From Ginglymostoma cirratum (Eukaryota): 64,000 nucleotides of DNA. The notes under the pieces were generated by a model. The model saw nothing but the letters and a program-made list of their open reading frames with translations, did no database searches and was not told the DNA's origin. A program made the position numbers and the translations under genes. The stretch is from NCBI GenBank assembly GCA_024137785.1, contig JAHRHZ010000282.1:557138-621137 (forward strand), given 5' to 3'. Shown in pieces: positions 25,760-38,710 of the stretch. The stretch's first letter is position 1; each line of letters begins with the position of its first letter.

Positions 25760-26075
25760 AGTGTAGAAATATGGAATCCTTACTGTGTGTAAAGAGGCAA
25801 TTTGTCACTTTGAGTCTTTGCCACACTTCCGAAGAGCATTTCATCCATACCCATCCAGTCCTCGTAACTCCGCATTTGCCATGTCTAACCCACCTAGCCT
25901 TCATATCCCCTGGATGGTACAGCGCAATTCAGCTTGGCTAATCCACCTAATCTGAATATCTTTGGACTGTGGGAGGAAACCGGAGCACGCAGCAGAAATC
26001 TATGCAGACGCGGGGAGAACGTGCAAACTCGACAGAGACAGCCAACTAAGACTGGATTCGAACTCGGGTCTCCAG
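25760..26075 (-). mobile_element. V-SINE copy
   Basis: Homologous to 24711-25014 (TTTGGACTGTGGGAGGAAACCGGAGCAC on the plus strand). Confidence 0.75.
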
Positions 26076-27543
26076 TGTTCATAGAGTGTCAAGTTCATAA
26101 CATGTCCCAGTACACATTGAACCTAAAATGGCTCCCTACCTAGCTATGCCTTACTTTGATTAATCTCACTTCATATTTGTGAGTACAATAATTTTGCCAC
26201 TTGCATCCATATGAAATTAAATGGAACAACCTGCATCGTGACTCATATTTACTCACGTGTTACTAAGTGCTTTGAATTCACTTTGCGACATTATAATAAA
26301 ACCTATTATTCAGGTATATAACAGACTAATCATGCAATGCCAACCGTTAAAATTCATATTTTAGTCCGCAAGTTAATTATACAATAGTAACATTGCCATG
26401 CAACAAATTGACCTATATATTTTAAAGTTCGTTAATCCATGCGTGTGTAAAGTGACAGCTAAAGATATTGTCGTCCAGTTGATCTCGCTAAAACTCAAAA
26501 AGCGCCGAATTCTGGGAGGAGAAAAAATCAGCCTTGACCTGGAAGGCAAGTATTCCAAAGATTTACAGAATATAAACCAACATTGTCTATGTGTCATCTA
26601 TTATTTACCAGGTCCAACAATAACAGCGACAACGAAGTAGGCAATTCCTAAGAAGAGTCCCTTTGCTGGCCCACGCATCGTTTTTCAGGAACTAAAGCAA
26701 TTGAAAAAAACTAAGCTCTGCCACACGTCCAAAGAGTGCCACATTTATTCTTATTTGGAGTCTCGGAGAAACAATTAAGTTGGATCATGCACCTCAGTTG
26801 CAGCTCTGTGAACAAACAAATTAACTGCTGGTTTGATGCCTTCCATTTGTAACATTGGCAATGCAGGTGCTGTCATCACTTAGACGGGAGAATTCCTGAC
26901 ATAAATGTCTACTGTTCTCCTCCTCACGAACCATGGTTTTCTATCTACCTACATGTCCTATTGCCATATTATTAAATCTAAAATTGATCTTTCTTATCGG
27001 TTTTACTTTTCAAATACTTTTTTTTCATACTACCGTTCAGATTGGTTCTTTTGTTTAATTTGTTAATCAGGGCAGTCTTCCTTATTGCCATGACGTGGCC
27101 TGAATAGTTGAACTTTTTGAAATCACAAACAATGGTGCGCATCTAAGTTCATGTCCCATGCAAATTCTTCACAATGGAAAACTGCAGAATGATTCGTTTC
27201 TCCTGGTGATCCAGAAATACAGGCAGGTATTCAACATTTCAACTTCTGCTTCGAATGTCAAGTGCTCTAATTATTGGGGAATGGTCTGCTACGTTAAAAG
27301 TAAGGACGTGTCCAGTTGAAATAACAACTTTTATTTTGATTAGAAATATAGCATCAAAGACACTGTCAACCACAGATACTATCGATATAAAGGAACAGGG
27401 ATAGGAATAATGTGATAGAAATAATCAACACAGCCTTGTGCGTGAACCATCATGATTGAACCTGATTCATTCAGCAACATTATTTCTACTCACCAGCATT
27501 GACTCCAATACTGACAACAGCCCCTCTTTTTACTTTTAAATGT

Positions 27544-27830
27544 ACGTACAATCTTGGCCAAATGTAGTATTTAACATGTAGTCGAACAGGGGCATGGCCG
27601 TGGCCTCGTGCAATGCAAACTGAATTAAGGCCTCGTTCAATACAAATAATAACATCGACAGGCCAAGTACTTATTGGGCATGACCTAGAGCAGGTCAGTG
27701 TCAACAGGGAAAGAGTCTCAAGACTTAGGCTTAGAGTCATACGTACAATCATGGTCAAATGCAATATTGAACATGTAGTCTGACAGGGGCATGGGCATGG
27801 CCTCGTGAAATGCAAACTGAATTATGGCCT
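27544..27830. repeat. Imperfect ~90-bp direct repeat (27544-27632 and 27741-27830)
   Basis: CGTACAATC.TGG.CAAATG...ACAGGGGCATGG...GGCCTCGTG.AATGCAAACTGAATTA.GGCCT occurs twice. Confidence 0.8.
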
Positions 27831-28894
27831 TATTTCAGAGAAACGTGTCCTTCTGCCCAACTCATCCATGTTGCTCTAGTTCAGTTTAATAAGTCGTCCA
27901 GTGCAGTAACAAATGAGATTTGGCCTGGTGGGATATAAGCATAGACATAGTCGAGCTTAATGTACACTAAACTGACCTCATCGAAAATATACAGCACGCA
28001 GATCTACTGCGCCATATCAAATGACAGTACTTAGTGCAATATAAACAGCACCAAACTCAATTAATTATAATTAATTACATAGCTTTATGTAATACATAGC
28101 GACCAAAAGTCTATAATAAGAAAAAAGGACATGGATTTGTGCACTGAGAGCTGTGAAAGGGCATTATATTGCATGATTGAATACGTGAGCTATTGTTGTA
28201 ATAATTGATTCTCCGTGAATTGTTTTAGAATAGTATAGAGGATTTTGTTCAGTTAATATTTGCATGGGATCTTTACACTGATGAAGGCGCTATAGACATG
28301 TACGACAATATTTAGAACTTGCTGAATCAAGAGATACACGCCATTGAGGCAGCCATTGATATTAAGATAACGAGTGCCTACAGGAACAGTACTGCATGCA
28401 GCAGAGGGAGTAGAGCAGTGTTATCAGTCGCCGAGTAGTAATAAAATTCCACCACAGAAGATGGTGAATTTGAAATCAGTGAACATCGGAAATAAATTTT
28501 TGAGTAATGCAATCACTATTAAACCTCAAACCGGTTCTCAAAAGTGCTTTAGAGAAGGAAATCGGCCATTCAAACTTAGTATAACCAACGTGTGACTCCA
28601 GATGCACCGGCAATGCTTTGACTATTAGCTTTCCTTTGAAATGGCGTAGCAAATCATTTAGTTAAATCAAATCAAGCCTGATGATGGAAACTTAGTCCAG
28701 TCAGTCCTGAAAATCCTCGTTACAAACAATTGGAAGCTGGTGCCAAAATTGTGAAAGATGACCCAAAGATAAAACAAACAATAACGTGACATAGTCAAAC
28801 ACATTGAATCATATTCATTAGAGAATGACCCAGATATCTTCATCATAATCATCCCTGGCTACATCCCAGTAGAGGTATCAGAACAGAATCGGAA

Positions 28895-29205
28895 AGCTGT
28901 TGTGTGGCATAGGAGTTCAGTGGCTGCATCACAGAGACCTGGGTTCCATTCCAGTCTCAGGCAACTCTCTGTATGGAGTTTGCACATTCTCCCCGTATCT
29001 GGGTCAGTTTCCTGAAATTGTTCTGGTTTCCTCCCACAGTCCAAAGTTGTGCATGTTAGGTGGATTGTGTAAATTGCCCGTAGTGTCTACAGTGGGAAAT
29101 GGAGGGATACAGTGAGTCTCTTTGAATATCTACAGGGATACTCTTTTGAGGGGTGGTGTGGACTCGAAGGGTAGAATATCCTGCTTCCACACTTTAGGGA
29201 TTCTA
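28895..29205 (+). mobile_element. V-SINE copy
   Basis: GGAGTTTGCACATTCTCCCCGT...GGTTTCCTCCCACAGTCCAAAG core. Confidence 0.75.
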
Positions 29206-29529
29206 CATGTTGCCCTAGATTCCTCAGATTGACTCTAATATCCATGATCTTCACTGGCATCAAGGCAAACGTAGGATTTTTTTTTGCTTACAAGCTCTAC
29301 CCTCGTTTCTCAGATCGTCCCTGTTGATAAATCCATGTCGAAAAGCAGTTTGGGCACGAGCTGAGATGCGCAATTATCAGAATGTACTCTGGATTATGCT
29401 TCCAATATTTGTAGTTCAAGCTATTAGTTTCCTGGCCAAGTAGTTCCATTTCAGATTCAACACTGACATCTGTCTGAAAACATGTAAAATTGCCCAAATT
29501 CGTTTTGTACACAATAATAAGGACAAATC

Positions 29530-30640
29530 CAATCTGAACAATTAATGTCCCACCAGTCTACTTTCTATCACCAGCAAGGAGTTGGATAGCTTGTCGACAG
29601 TGTCATCAGGCTGTGCTTGCGCAGATCATTGATGCTTATCTTGGGTGCCGCTGGGATCACTCAGGTTCTGATGTAATTACAGCCTTCGTTCAAACATGGA
29701 AACAAGATGCAAGCTCCAGGTAAGAGAAGAGAATGACTGCCCGTGACCTTTAGGCAGTATTTGACTAATATAGCATCAAGGATCCCTATCAATTGATAGC
29801 AATTTGGAGACAAATTTTCCGTTATCTGACATAAAGGAAGATGATAGTTTTGTTGCGAGCCAGTCTTCTAAGCCTCAGGAAACTTCTTCAGGAGTTATTC
29901 GGATTAATATTCTTGCTCCAACAGTCAACATATGCTTCATCAATGGCCTTATAATGTCAACAGTGGGATTAATTGATGATGATTGCACAATGTTCTGAAC
30001 CAGTCGCCACTCCTCAGATATTGAAGTAGTTCGTCTTCATGATGATATGGAAGATCTGGACAACACACAAACTTAACAGATAAGTGAAACTAACATTTTG
30101 CATCTGCCAATTTCCATGCAGCAACCATTTCGAACAACAAATGTTCTCATCATTGCGCCGAGAGTTTCAATGGCGCTAACATCGCTGCATCTCTGACTGT
30201 CCACAACCTCAAGCATTAGCATAAATCAGGTGCCTAACTTCGTTAATTATATAAATATTGTAGCCCCAATGATAAGTGAGAAGCTAAGTTTACTGTGCCA
30301 AGTGGCTCATTCCCTGTCTTCTCAATGCCTGTCCACCAGCTCGAAGGTAGAAGTCTGGAGTGTGATGAAATACTCCCCACCTATCTGGAACAATGAAGCT
30401 CGACAATATCAATGACAAAGTAACCTGATTAACAGGCATTCCATCTTCCTCCTGAAACATTCACGATTGAAGCACTAGAGACAGCAATATGCACGATCCA
30501 CAAAATACACTGCGGTTACTCACCAAGTGTCCTCCAGCAGCATCTCTACATCCCACGACATCTGTCATCTCGAAGGACAAATGGAACAGAGGCATTGGAA
30601 CTCTCCTTACGGCCAGGCTCCCAATCTACATCTCAGCGTC
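29530..30640 (+). mobile_element. Decayed LINE (CR1/L2 clade) RT fragment
   Basis: Degenerate SGVI..NILAPTVNICFINGL, DDCTMF and VWSVMKYSP motifs. Confidence 0.55.
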
Positions 30641-30654
30641 ATCTGGTTATGAGA

Positions 30655-31065
30655 CCCCTGGGTTTATCATTTACATAAATGATTTAATTGAGAATGTAGA
30701 AGGTATGATTAGTAAGTTTGTGGATGACACCAAAATTAGTGGTATAGTGGACAGTGAAGAAGGTAATCTAAGATTATAAAAAAAACTTCTCGAGAAATTG
30801 GGTGCATTAGCTGAGGAGTGGCAGAGATAGTTCAATTTGGATACATCTGAGGTATTGCATTTGGGTAAAACAAACAAGGGTGGCATTTATTCGGTTAATT
30901 GTAGGGCCCTGGGTATTGTTTTTGAGCAATGATACCTTGGCGTTCTTTGAAAATTGCATCACCCGTACACAGGACGATTAAGAAGGTATTTAGCACGCTT
31001 GCCCTTATTCCTCAGACATTTGGCTATGGGAATTGAGACATTATGTGGAAGCTGTAGAGGATGCT
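30655..31065 (+). mobile_element. CR1 LINE fragment
   Basis: FIIYINDLIENVEGMISKFVDDTKI. Confidence 0.8.
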
Positions 31066-31300
31066 AAATAAAAAACACAAGAACTGCGGATGTTGTAAAT
31101 CAGGAACAAAAACAAAGTTGCTGGAAAAGCTCAGCAGGTCTGGCAGCATCTATGGAGGAGAAAACAGAGTTAACGTTTCGGATCCGGTGACCCTTCCTCA
31201 GAACTGAGGAAGGGTCACCAACCCAAAACGTTAACTCTGATTCGTCCTCCACAGATGCTGCCAGGCCATCTGAGCTTTTCCAGCAACGTTGTTTTTGTTT
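31066..31300. mobile_element. Palindromic non-autonomous element with 14-bp target-site duplication
   Basis: Inverted arms centred near 31202 (GGTGACCCTTCCTCAG-AA-CTGAGGAAGGGTCACC). Flanks CTGTAGAGGATGCT (31052-31065) and CTGTACAGGATGCT (31301-31314). Related copies near 13270-13450, 14740-14850, 19515-19690, 23865-24050, 40945-41085 and 54450-54600. Confidence 0.8.
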
Positions 31301-31314
31301 CTGTACAGGATGCT

Positions 31315-34300
31315 GTTGAGGAAGAAAAGCAGAAAGAGAAGTTCTTGAGCAGAGGAAAGACAGAAATACAGAATATCTGTCTCAGGAGAAAAGGGGCAAG
31401 AGAAAGCTTTTTGAACTCCAGACGTTGCAACTGCGGAGTCAAAGTGGACTTAAATTGGCGGAGGTGCACCTGAATTGTAGGGACAGTGATGAAGACAGTG
31501 ATGGACAGCAATTCTACCTTCGATAAAGCCTTGGTGGAGATCCGTTAAATATGCACAAGCGTTGCCAAGGTTTGACGAGAAGGATGTAGAAGACCTTTTC
31601 ATTTTATTCGAGAAAGTTAAACAAATTAAATGCCCAGTGACAATGTGGGTATTGTTGATCCAAGCAATGTTGGTCGGTAGAGCAAGTACTGTATTTGCAA
31701 CGCTATGAGAGGAGATACATGGGGAGTCTGACGAGGCTAAACAGCTATCTTTGGTTTGTATATGTGCATACCAGGACACTACAGACAAAGTTTTTGGAAT
31801 CTGAGGAGGGAACCTGTTTAAACGTACATAGAGTTAGAGTGGATCAAACAAAACAGTTTTGATTTGTAGATAATGGCATTGAAAATTGATCAAACATACG
31901 ATGCGCTTAGAGATATGATGATGCCACGATTATTTTGGAGGAGTTCAAAAATTCATTTCTGGCAGTGCTGAGAACTATCGTGAAAGAACAGAGGTTTAAG
32001 ACTGAAAGATTAGCAGTGGAAATGACAGATGGTTATTAATTCGTCCAAAGTTTGGCTTCCAGCTTCAAATTCAATCTGTGAGGGATATAAATTTGGGAGA
32101 GGAGAAATTCTCGCTTGTTAAGCAAAAAGGGGATGTCATTGAAGATAGTGAGGATAGTTTACTGCAGGGTAAAAGAAAATATTAAGGGGAAATAGAAACA
32201 AAAATGCTCTGTTGTTTACACTGTAATAAAGTAACCAACGTGAAGCTGAAGTGTTGGTGGTTTATGAAAATAATTGGGAAGATGGATGCGTGAAGTTAGG
32301 ATAAACCAGCAGTTTTGTTGAAGTGATAAAGGAAAGCATAGTGGAAGGTAAAAAGCTGAAAGAAATCTGCAACATGTTCAGGTTTGGTTGAAAAGGAAAT
32401 TCCAGATCTCTTTCAAAGAGTTAAATTACGCTCGTAAGGTTTACTCATGTATATCGGCGGAGTAGGTGAAGAAATTAAAATTTTAAGAGACATGGGAGCA
32501 AGTCAGTCTTTGAGGGTGGGAGATGTGGAGCTTGTAATTCAGGAGTATTTCCAGAAAAGAAAGCGGTGAAATGTGAAATTCATGGCGAGAAGTGCAAGAT
32601 TTAGTGAAGTCAGAGAGTCCGGTGAAAGCTGGTGAAGTTGTGATGTCAATAGTTGAGAAATTCCCGGTTCCAGTAATACAGTTTATTTTTAGTAACGATA
32701 TAAGTTAATCACAGGGTGGATTGATGCCTACCGTGATTGAAAAGCCAGTGGAAAATCAGGAAACTTAGGTGTTACATGCCCGGGGAGTTTTCCTGAGTGT
32801 TTGGTAACAAGGTCATCATGCCACATATTGAAGCAGGAGGAGAAATCAAAGAGTGAAGATAAGGAAGTCGAAGCTGATTTATCAGAGACTATGCTTGATC
32901 AAATGTTTGATAAAACAAGATCAGTTGGAGAACAAAGCAGATATTTTTAGTTTACAGAAATTCGCTGAATTTGAATGGAAACATGAAAAACTAAAACAGT
33001 TATATCACAAAGTGTACAAAGAAGAAGAATCTGAGTGTATTCTAGAATGTTACTGCTCGAAAGATGATGTGTTTAGGTGGAAATAGTGACCATTACATAT
33101 TCAAGCAGATGATGTATGAACAGGAGCTCATCAAATGGTTTTACCTGTGAGTTATTGAAAGGAGGTGTTGAGGACGACACATGAATTGGTAGTAGGAGGT
33201 CATTTGAGAGTTAGATAAAATTAAGCCAAAATGCAAAATAATCTTTTATTGGCCTGGACTGCATAAGGATGTGGATGAAAACTTCCAGACATGTTATACG
33301 TGTCAGGTATTTGGAAAACCTCGGGCAGTGATAAAACCAACACCCTTAATACGCATTCGTGCATTTGAGGAACCTTTTACAAAAGCCTTAATTGATTGCA
33401 TAGCACCCCTACTGAAAAAAATAAAGTGGGAATCCAATGGAGGTCGATATCAGATTTCCGATGAGCATTTCATTATGCAATATCATGACTAGAAAGATTG
33501 TGAAAAAGTTGATTCTTTTTTAAGTAGATATAGCCTACCCACAAAGATGTGTTTCGATCAAAATTATTCATTGAAGGTATGGATAGCTTAAGAATGAAAT
33601 GGTTCAAATCAACTGCGTACAATTCAGAATCACAGAGAGCATTAGAACAGAGGCATTTAACTTTAAAAATCATGTTGAGGGCTTATTGTCAAGACAATAC
33701 AATCTGTTTGAACCTTTTTCAATTCGGGATTCACCTCATGAATCAACTAAATACAATCCATTTTAATTAGTATGTGAGAATGAGGTGAGAGGACAACTAA
33801 AATTAATTAAGAAGGAATTGTTAAATCAGTATTCAGAGACCACAAGTTTGGACAACTGGTCAAATTCTAGGGGAAGTACTAAATAGAGGAGATGATTTGG
33901 CTGGACAGCATTTGAATGTAGCATAGCACTTTCAAACTGGGGAGGTGATGGCCTAGTGGTTGAATCGCTAGATTGTTATTCCAGTGATTCTGATAATGGT
34001 GTGGGGACATGGGTTCGAATCGTGCCACGGCAGATAGTGGAATTTGAATTCCATATAGATATGAAATTAACAATCTAACGATGACCATGAATCCATTGTC
34101 AATTGTCAGGAAAAACCCATCTGGTTCACTAATGTTCTTTGGGTAAGGAAATTGCCATCCTTACCTTGTTTGGCCTACATGTGACTCCGGACCCACAGCA
34201 GTGTGGTTGCCTCTTAACTGCCCTCTGGGCAATTAGGGATGGGCAATAAATGCTACCTATCCAGCGACGCCTTCATCCTGTGAATGAATAAATAAAGAGC

Positions 34301-35725
34301 ACGATGAAACAGGAAGTTGACAGGAAATAAAAAGTGTGTAATTTTGCTTGTGGAGGTAAGTGTTACTCCCAGTGGTGGGTGAACCTTCAAAGACAAGGTT
34401 CAGCAGCCAATATCAAATTGAAAGGAAATTGAGTGTGGTGAATTGTTTTACAAGAACGCCAGATAGGAAGAAATTTCACAGAGCGTATCATGTGATTATG
34501 TTCTAAAGATATTTTGATAGCGAAGGAAAGCAAATGGAGAATGTGTTATTAGTTACAACACAGCGCGAAGAATCAAGTTCAGATGATCCGAATTTGACAT
34601 TCCTCAGATTAAATAGCATAATCAGGTAGTTCTCAAAAATTGTGATACATTATTGAGTTACTCCAGAGGAAAATCGAAATGTCCTAACTGAGTGAATACA
34701 ACCACATGGAGAGATATGTGGATATAGCTGGGAGGAATTACTCTAATACTCTAATTACACATGATATAGATACAGGGAATGTTATTTCTATTCAACCACT
34801 TCGTGACACGGAATACACTGCACCAATTTAAGGTAATGCCATTTGGAATGAAAAAAACGCCAAGTACATTTGAAACAATAACCAATATCGACGCTTCGGG
34901 ACTTCCCAATTCTGTGGTACATCGACGATCCGGTGAAGATTTGTCACACATGCAAGTAACTTTTCGAGCATCTATGAGAATTGTTTTATCAACTTCAGGA
35001 GGCAGGCTTGGTGAAAAAACTGGCTAAAAGTGAGTTTGTAAAAGCCCAATTCACGATCCCGGGGTCTTGTCATTGGAGATGGCAGATGGCCCCATGAGAT
35101 GTGAAAATAAAGTTTATTGGGGAGTTTCCCCACTCCATCAACGAAGAAGGAAGTACTACCATTCTTGGAGTTGAGTTGTTGTTCTTGTACTTTAGAATCA
35201 AATTTTAGCAATGTTGTTGCTCAACTGACGGAGTCGTTGAAGAAGTGCAAGAAATGTCCGTAGACAAATAAATATTAGAAGGCATTTGACAGCTTAAAAG
35301 TAGTGTTAATCAATACCCCAGTGTTAGACGCACCTAATTATGCATAACTATCCAAAGTGGCTATCGATGTGCGTACTGTGGTGTACAGCGTTAGTGCTGT
35401 ACTCTTGTAAAATAACGACGAGAAATTAGGAAGACCTATTGGGTACTTTTCCAGAAAATTGAATTATCGTCAACAAAAACATTCCACGATTGATAAGGAG
35501 ACATTGAGTTTGGTGTTGGCGTTGCAACATTTCATCATTTATATTGGCATTAATGTGGCTGAGACAATTGAATATATTGATTATAACTCATTAAAGTTTT
35601 GGTAAATGTAAGGATAAACATTCCAGACTGTTTAGATGGGGCGTATTATTGCAACCACTCAATTCGAAAATTATGCACGTGGTAGGACGGGAGAACGTCA
35701 TTTCCAACGCGTTGTCGCGATTGAT
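31315..35725 (+). mobile_element. Degenerate Gypsy/Gmr1-like LTR retrotransposon internal region (gag-PR-INT-RT-RNaseH)
   Basis: Gag-like LPRFDEKDVE..F..FEK (~31560), protease IKILRDMGASQSL (~32470), integrase YWPGLHKDV..CYTCQ..GKP..AFEEPF (~33250), RT FKVMPFGMK (~34830), RNase H RPIGYFSRKLN..ETLSLVLALQHF (~35430). Many stops. Confidence 0.85.
33938..34295 (+). mobile_element. Second tRNA-derived SINE family (DeuSINE/SacSINE1-like) nested in the Gypsy element
   Basis: GGGGAGGTGATGGCCTAGTGG...GGTTCGAATC A/B boxes, AAACCCATCTGGTTCACTAATG core, AATAA tail. Confidence 0.8.
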
Positions 35726-38069
35726 GAAGGAATTCGAAGGCATTTGCCTTTAAAATAAGAAAAAAAAAGTTAGGGCCTAGGCTATCTCCTTGAAACGTTT
35801 GCAAGGGTTTGCTTTGGTACACAACAGAAGGAACTGGTGCACCCGTCAGAAATCCTCACAGCCACGGGGAGAATCTGGAAACACGTTACAAACAAACACC
35901 CAAGGCAGAATCAAAGCTGGATCACTGATGCAGTGCAACAGCACTGCTCACTCCTAAGTCACAGTGCTGCCCTAATTTGGTTAACTGTAAATCTATGAAA
36001 GTATTTTTTTATTGTATCCATACAATTAACAATAATCATGTTGCCAATAAAGTAAATGCATGAATTAAACTGAGACATAATAACACAATATGACTGGTAA
36101 AGTGGCAACGATGGCAAGTGTCAATTTTAGGCTAGGCATGGATCCTCAGCTCAGCATTCGCCACCAGCAATTTCATTTGCTGCGACAGAGAAGCCTTGCT
36201 TTTTAGGGAGGAAGCAGCACAGAATTTACTGCTAGCTTTTCGCCAAAAGGATTCAACAGGCCCTCCATCTCAGTGATATATAAGCGATTTCAGAAGGGGC
36301 CGCAGAATATGGACTCTACAGTTAATCGCCATTTGGGTTGATAGTCTATCAATGTTAGGTTTTTGTCTTCTGATTTCAGCAACCCCATCAGAAGCTAGAA
36401 TTAATATTCTGGAACTTAATGTTCTGGAACTTATGCTGATTCAATCGTCTGTTACCATTTTAAAATTGCTTTCTGTGATTTTTCTGCTTGCTTCAAGGAC
36501 TGACAATGGGATCTCGATTACAAAACAATAACATGTGCGTGCATCATTAAGTGTTAACCTTCTGCGCATGTCCATGTCTGTGCTTGTGCCTGCATCTCTG
36601 CACATAATGGAAGCTATTCTATTTGGGGTGGCGTTGGGTTTGGATGAATTTTAGAAAGGCACAAACTCGCCCTGATTCTCTTGCGTTGAAAATGATACAC
36701 GGCCGCCACCCTCTTATTGGTCCCTCGACGTTACTGCACAAAAAAAAATGAAAACCACGAGGGATGAAGTCAGATGAAGGACAGCATCACACAATACCAT
36801 CAACTGACAGAAGCATCAGTCCAGCCATTGTGTCAGTATGGGAATGCAGAGGCAGTCAGTATGAATTAATGACTGTGAACTTTTCGAAGGAAGCGAAAGT
36901 GCCTGGAGAAGACAGCTCATCCGGTCCTGAAAAACCAAAAGTGTCATCATAACGAACAGTGCAGACAGGGGTCATTTAACTACAAGGTCTGATTCCCCTC
37001 CCAATCGTTACAGTAATGTTTTGTTTTGTCTGCCTGTGTCAATCTCTATGTGTGGGTAAGGGAGTCTGGTAGTGTATAATGTTTAGATGTCTAAAACATA
37101 TTCACTTGTAACAAATACTGATTCTTGTTAAGTGCAGAAACCTGGTCCATGCTTGCTGTTAACGTATGTGTAAAAGTCAGTTAAACAGGGGGAATTCTCG
37201 GTATTTTGATGAAGTATTTAACTTTTGCGATTACTCTAGAAAAAACTGTCATAGGAGACCTCGCTCTAACTCTGCATGTTTAACTCTGTCATTGAACTTA
37301 GCTTTCCCTTTTCATAAACAAGACTGGATACACTTTAAAAAATGTTCCATTCCTGGAAAACACATTAGGATACCGTCAATCAGCAAAAGCGCTTTATACA
37401 TGTCGATCCTTCAGTTGCTATGATCTTATTTAGAATAATCGGGTGCCTCGGCTCAACTGGAACCTTTTGAAAAAGTGAGTTCCCAATGATGCACAACACT
37501 CTGACAGAATTGTTCCCTACATTGCTGTCTTCAATGATGACTTCAAATTTTTAAACAATGTTTCTTAGTTTTAGCATTCCCCAAAAATCAGAAAGCAGCA
37601 CACGAGAAAAATCCCATGAAGAGCCCTCAAAATAAAATGATGCCTTCTCAAAAAACTGTCGCTTGCGCAGTAGCATTGACTCTCCAGCATTTGGTCTTAT
37701 TATCTTATTTCAATCAGAAGACAGCAATAAGGAGACACACTTTGGTATTGATTCATTCAACCTCCACCCAGGTATCTCCTAATGAGTGCATAAATAAACA
37801 CTCACACATGCATATGCACACAGACAGAAATACACAACAATAGATGTGCATATAAATAGAATCATGCACATACACAGAATCATACACACAGACTGCAATT
37901 CATCAATAGGCGCATACACCCAGACACATATATATCAACATAAATAGTAGATAGACACATACACAGACAGAAATACAAAGAAAATATCACACATACACAA
38001 TCATACAAATGCAAAGACAAAAAGAAGCACAGACAATGAAGCACTAGTATTAAACTTTTCACTTTCATG

Positions 38070-38710
38070 ATATAGCAGTTCGGAAGGCAATATCAATGTT
38101 AGCATTCGTTTTAAAAGGACGAGAATGCAAGAACTGGGATGCATTCACGAGTCTGTGTAAAGATCCAGTCAGAGACCTTGTGGAATATTCTAAACATTTT
38201 GGCCCCTTATCGATATAAGGATGTCTTGGCCTTAGAGGGCGTTTACAAGAATGATCCCAGGGATGAAAGGCTTATGAAAGGTGTTTGAGGATTCTCGGAC
38301 TGTATGCAATGGTGTTTAGAAGGATGAAGGAGGTGTGACTGAAACTTACATATTTATGACAGTCTTAGATAAAGTGGACGTGGAGAAAATATTTCCAATA
38401 GTAGAAGAGACTGGGACCCATGGGCACAGCCTCGGAGTAAAGGGACGATACTTTAGAACTGAGATGAGGGACAATTTCTTCAGCCAGTCAGTAGTGAATC
38501 TGTGGAACTCATTGTTACAAAAGGTTGTGGAGGCCAAGACATTGAGTGTATTTAAGACAGAGATAGATATGTTATTGGCCAGTAAATGAATGAAGTGTTA
38601 AAAGGAGATGGCAAGAGAATGGGGTCGAGAAACATATCAGCCAGGATCGAATAGCAGAACAGACTCGATACGTTGAATGGCCTAATTCTGCTCCTATATC
38701 TTATGGTCTT
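38070..38710 (+). mobile_element. CR1 LINE 3' fragment
   Basis: ETYIFM..LDKVD...THGHSL...FFSQSVVNLWNSL plus a typical 3' UTR. Confidence 0.8.

Larger units (their letters stand above)
24223..26678 (-). pseudogene. GPR139/GPR142-like class A GPCR pseudogene (exon 1 26678-26609; exon 2 from 25520, interrupted by a SINE)
   Basis: MRGPAKGLFLGIAYFVVAVIVGP|ANLVALIILSRG...YYLMATAIVDFLV...SVWLTVSFTIDRFFAIC*..RYCTEKTA...TQFLPFYLILLLNVLT...VSRARKSL...NVFFY...KFREEIK. Canonical phase-1 GT-AG intron, with stops and frameshifts. Confidence 0.85.

Noticed and set aside
33938-34030. tRNA genes at SINE heads
   Set aside because: The A/B boxes continue into SINE bodies, and no complete cloverleaf was recognised.
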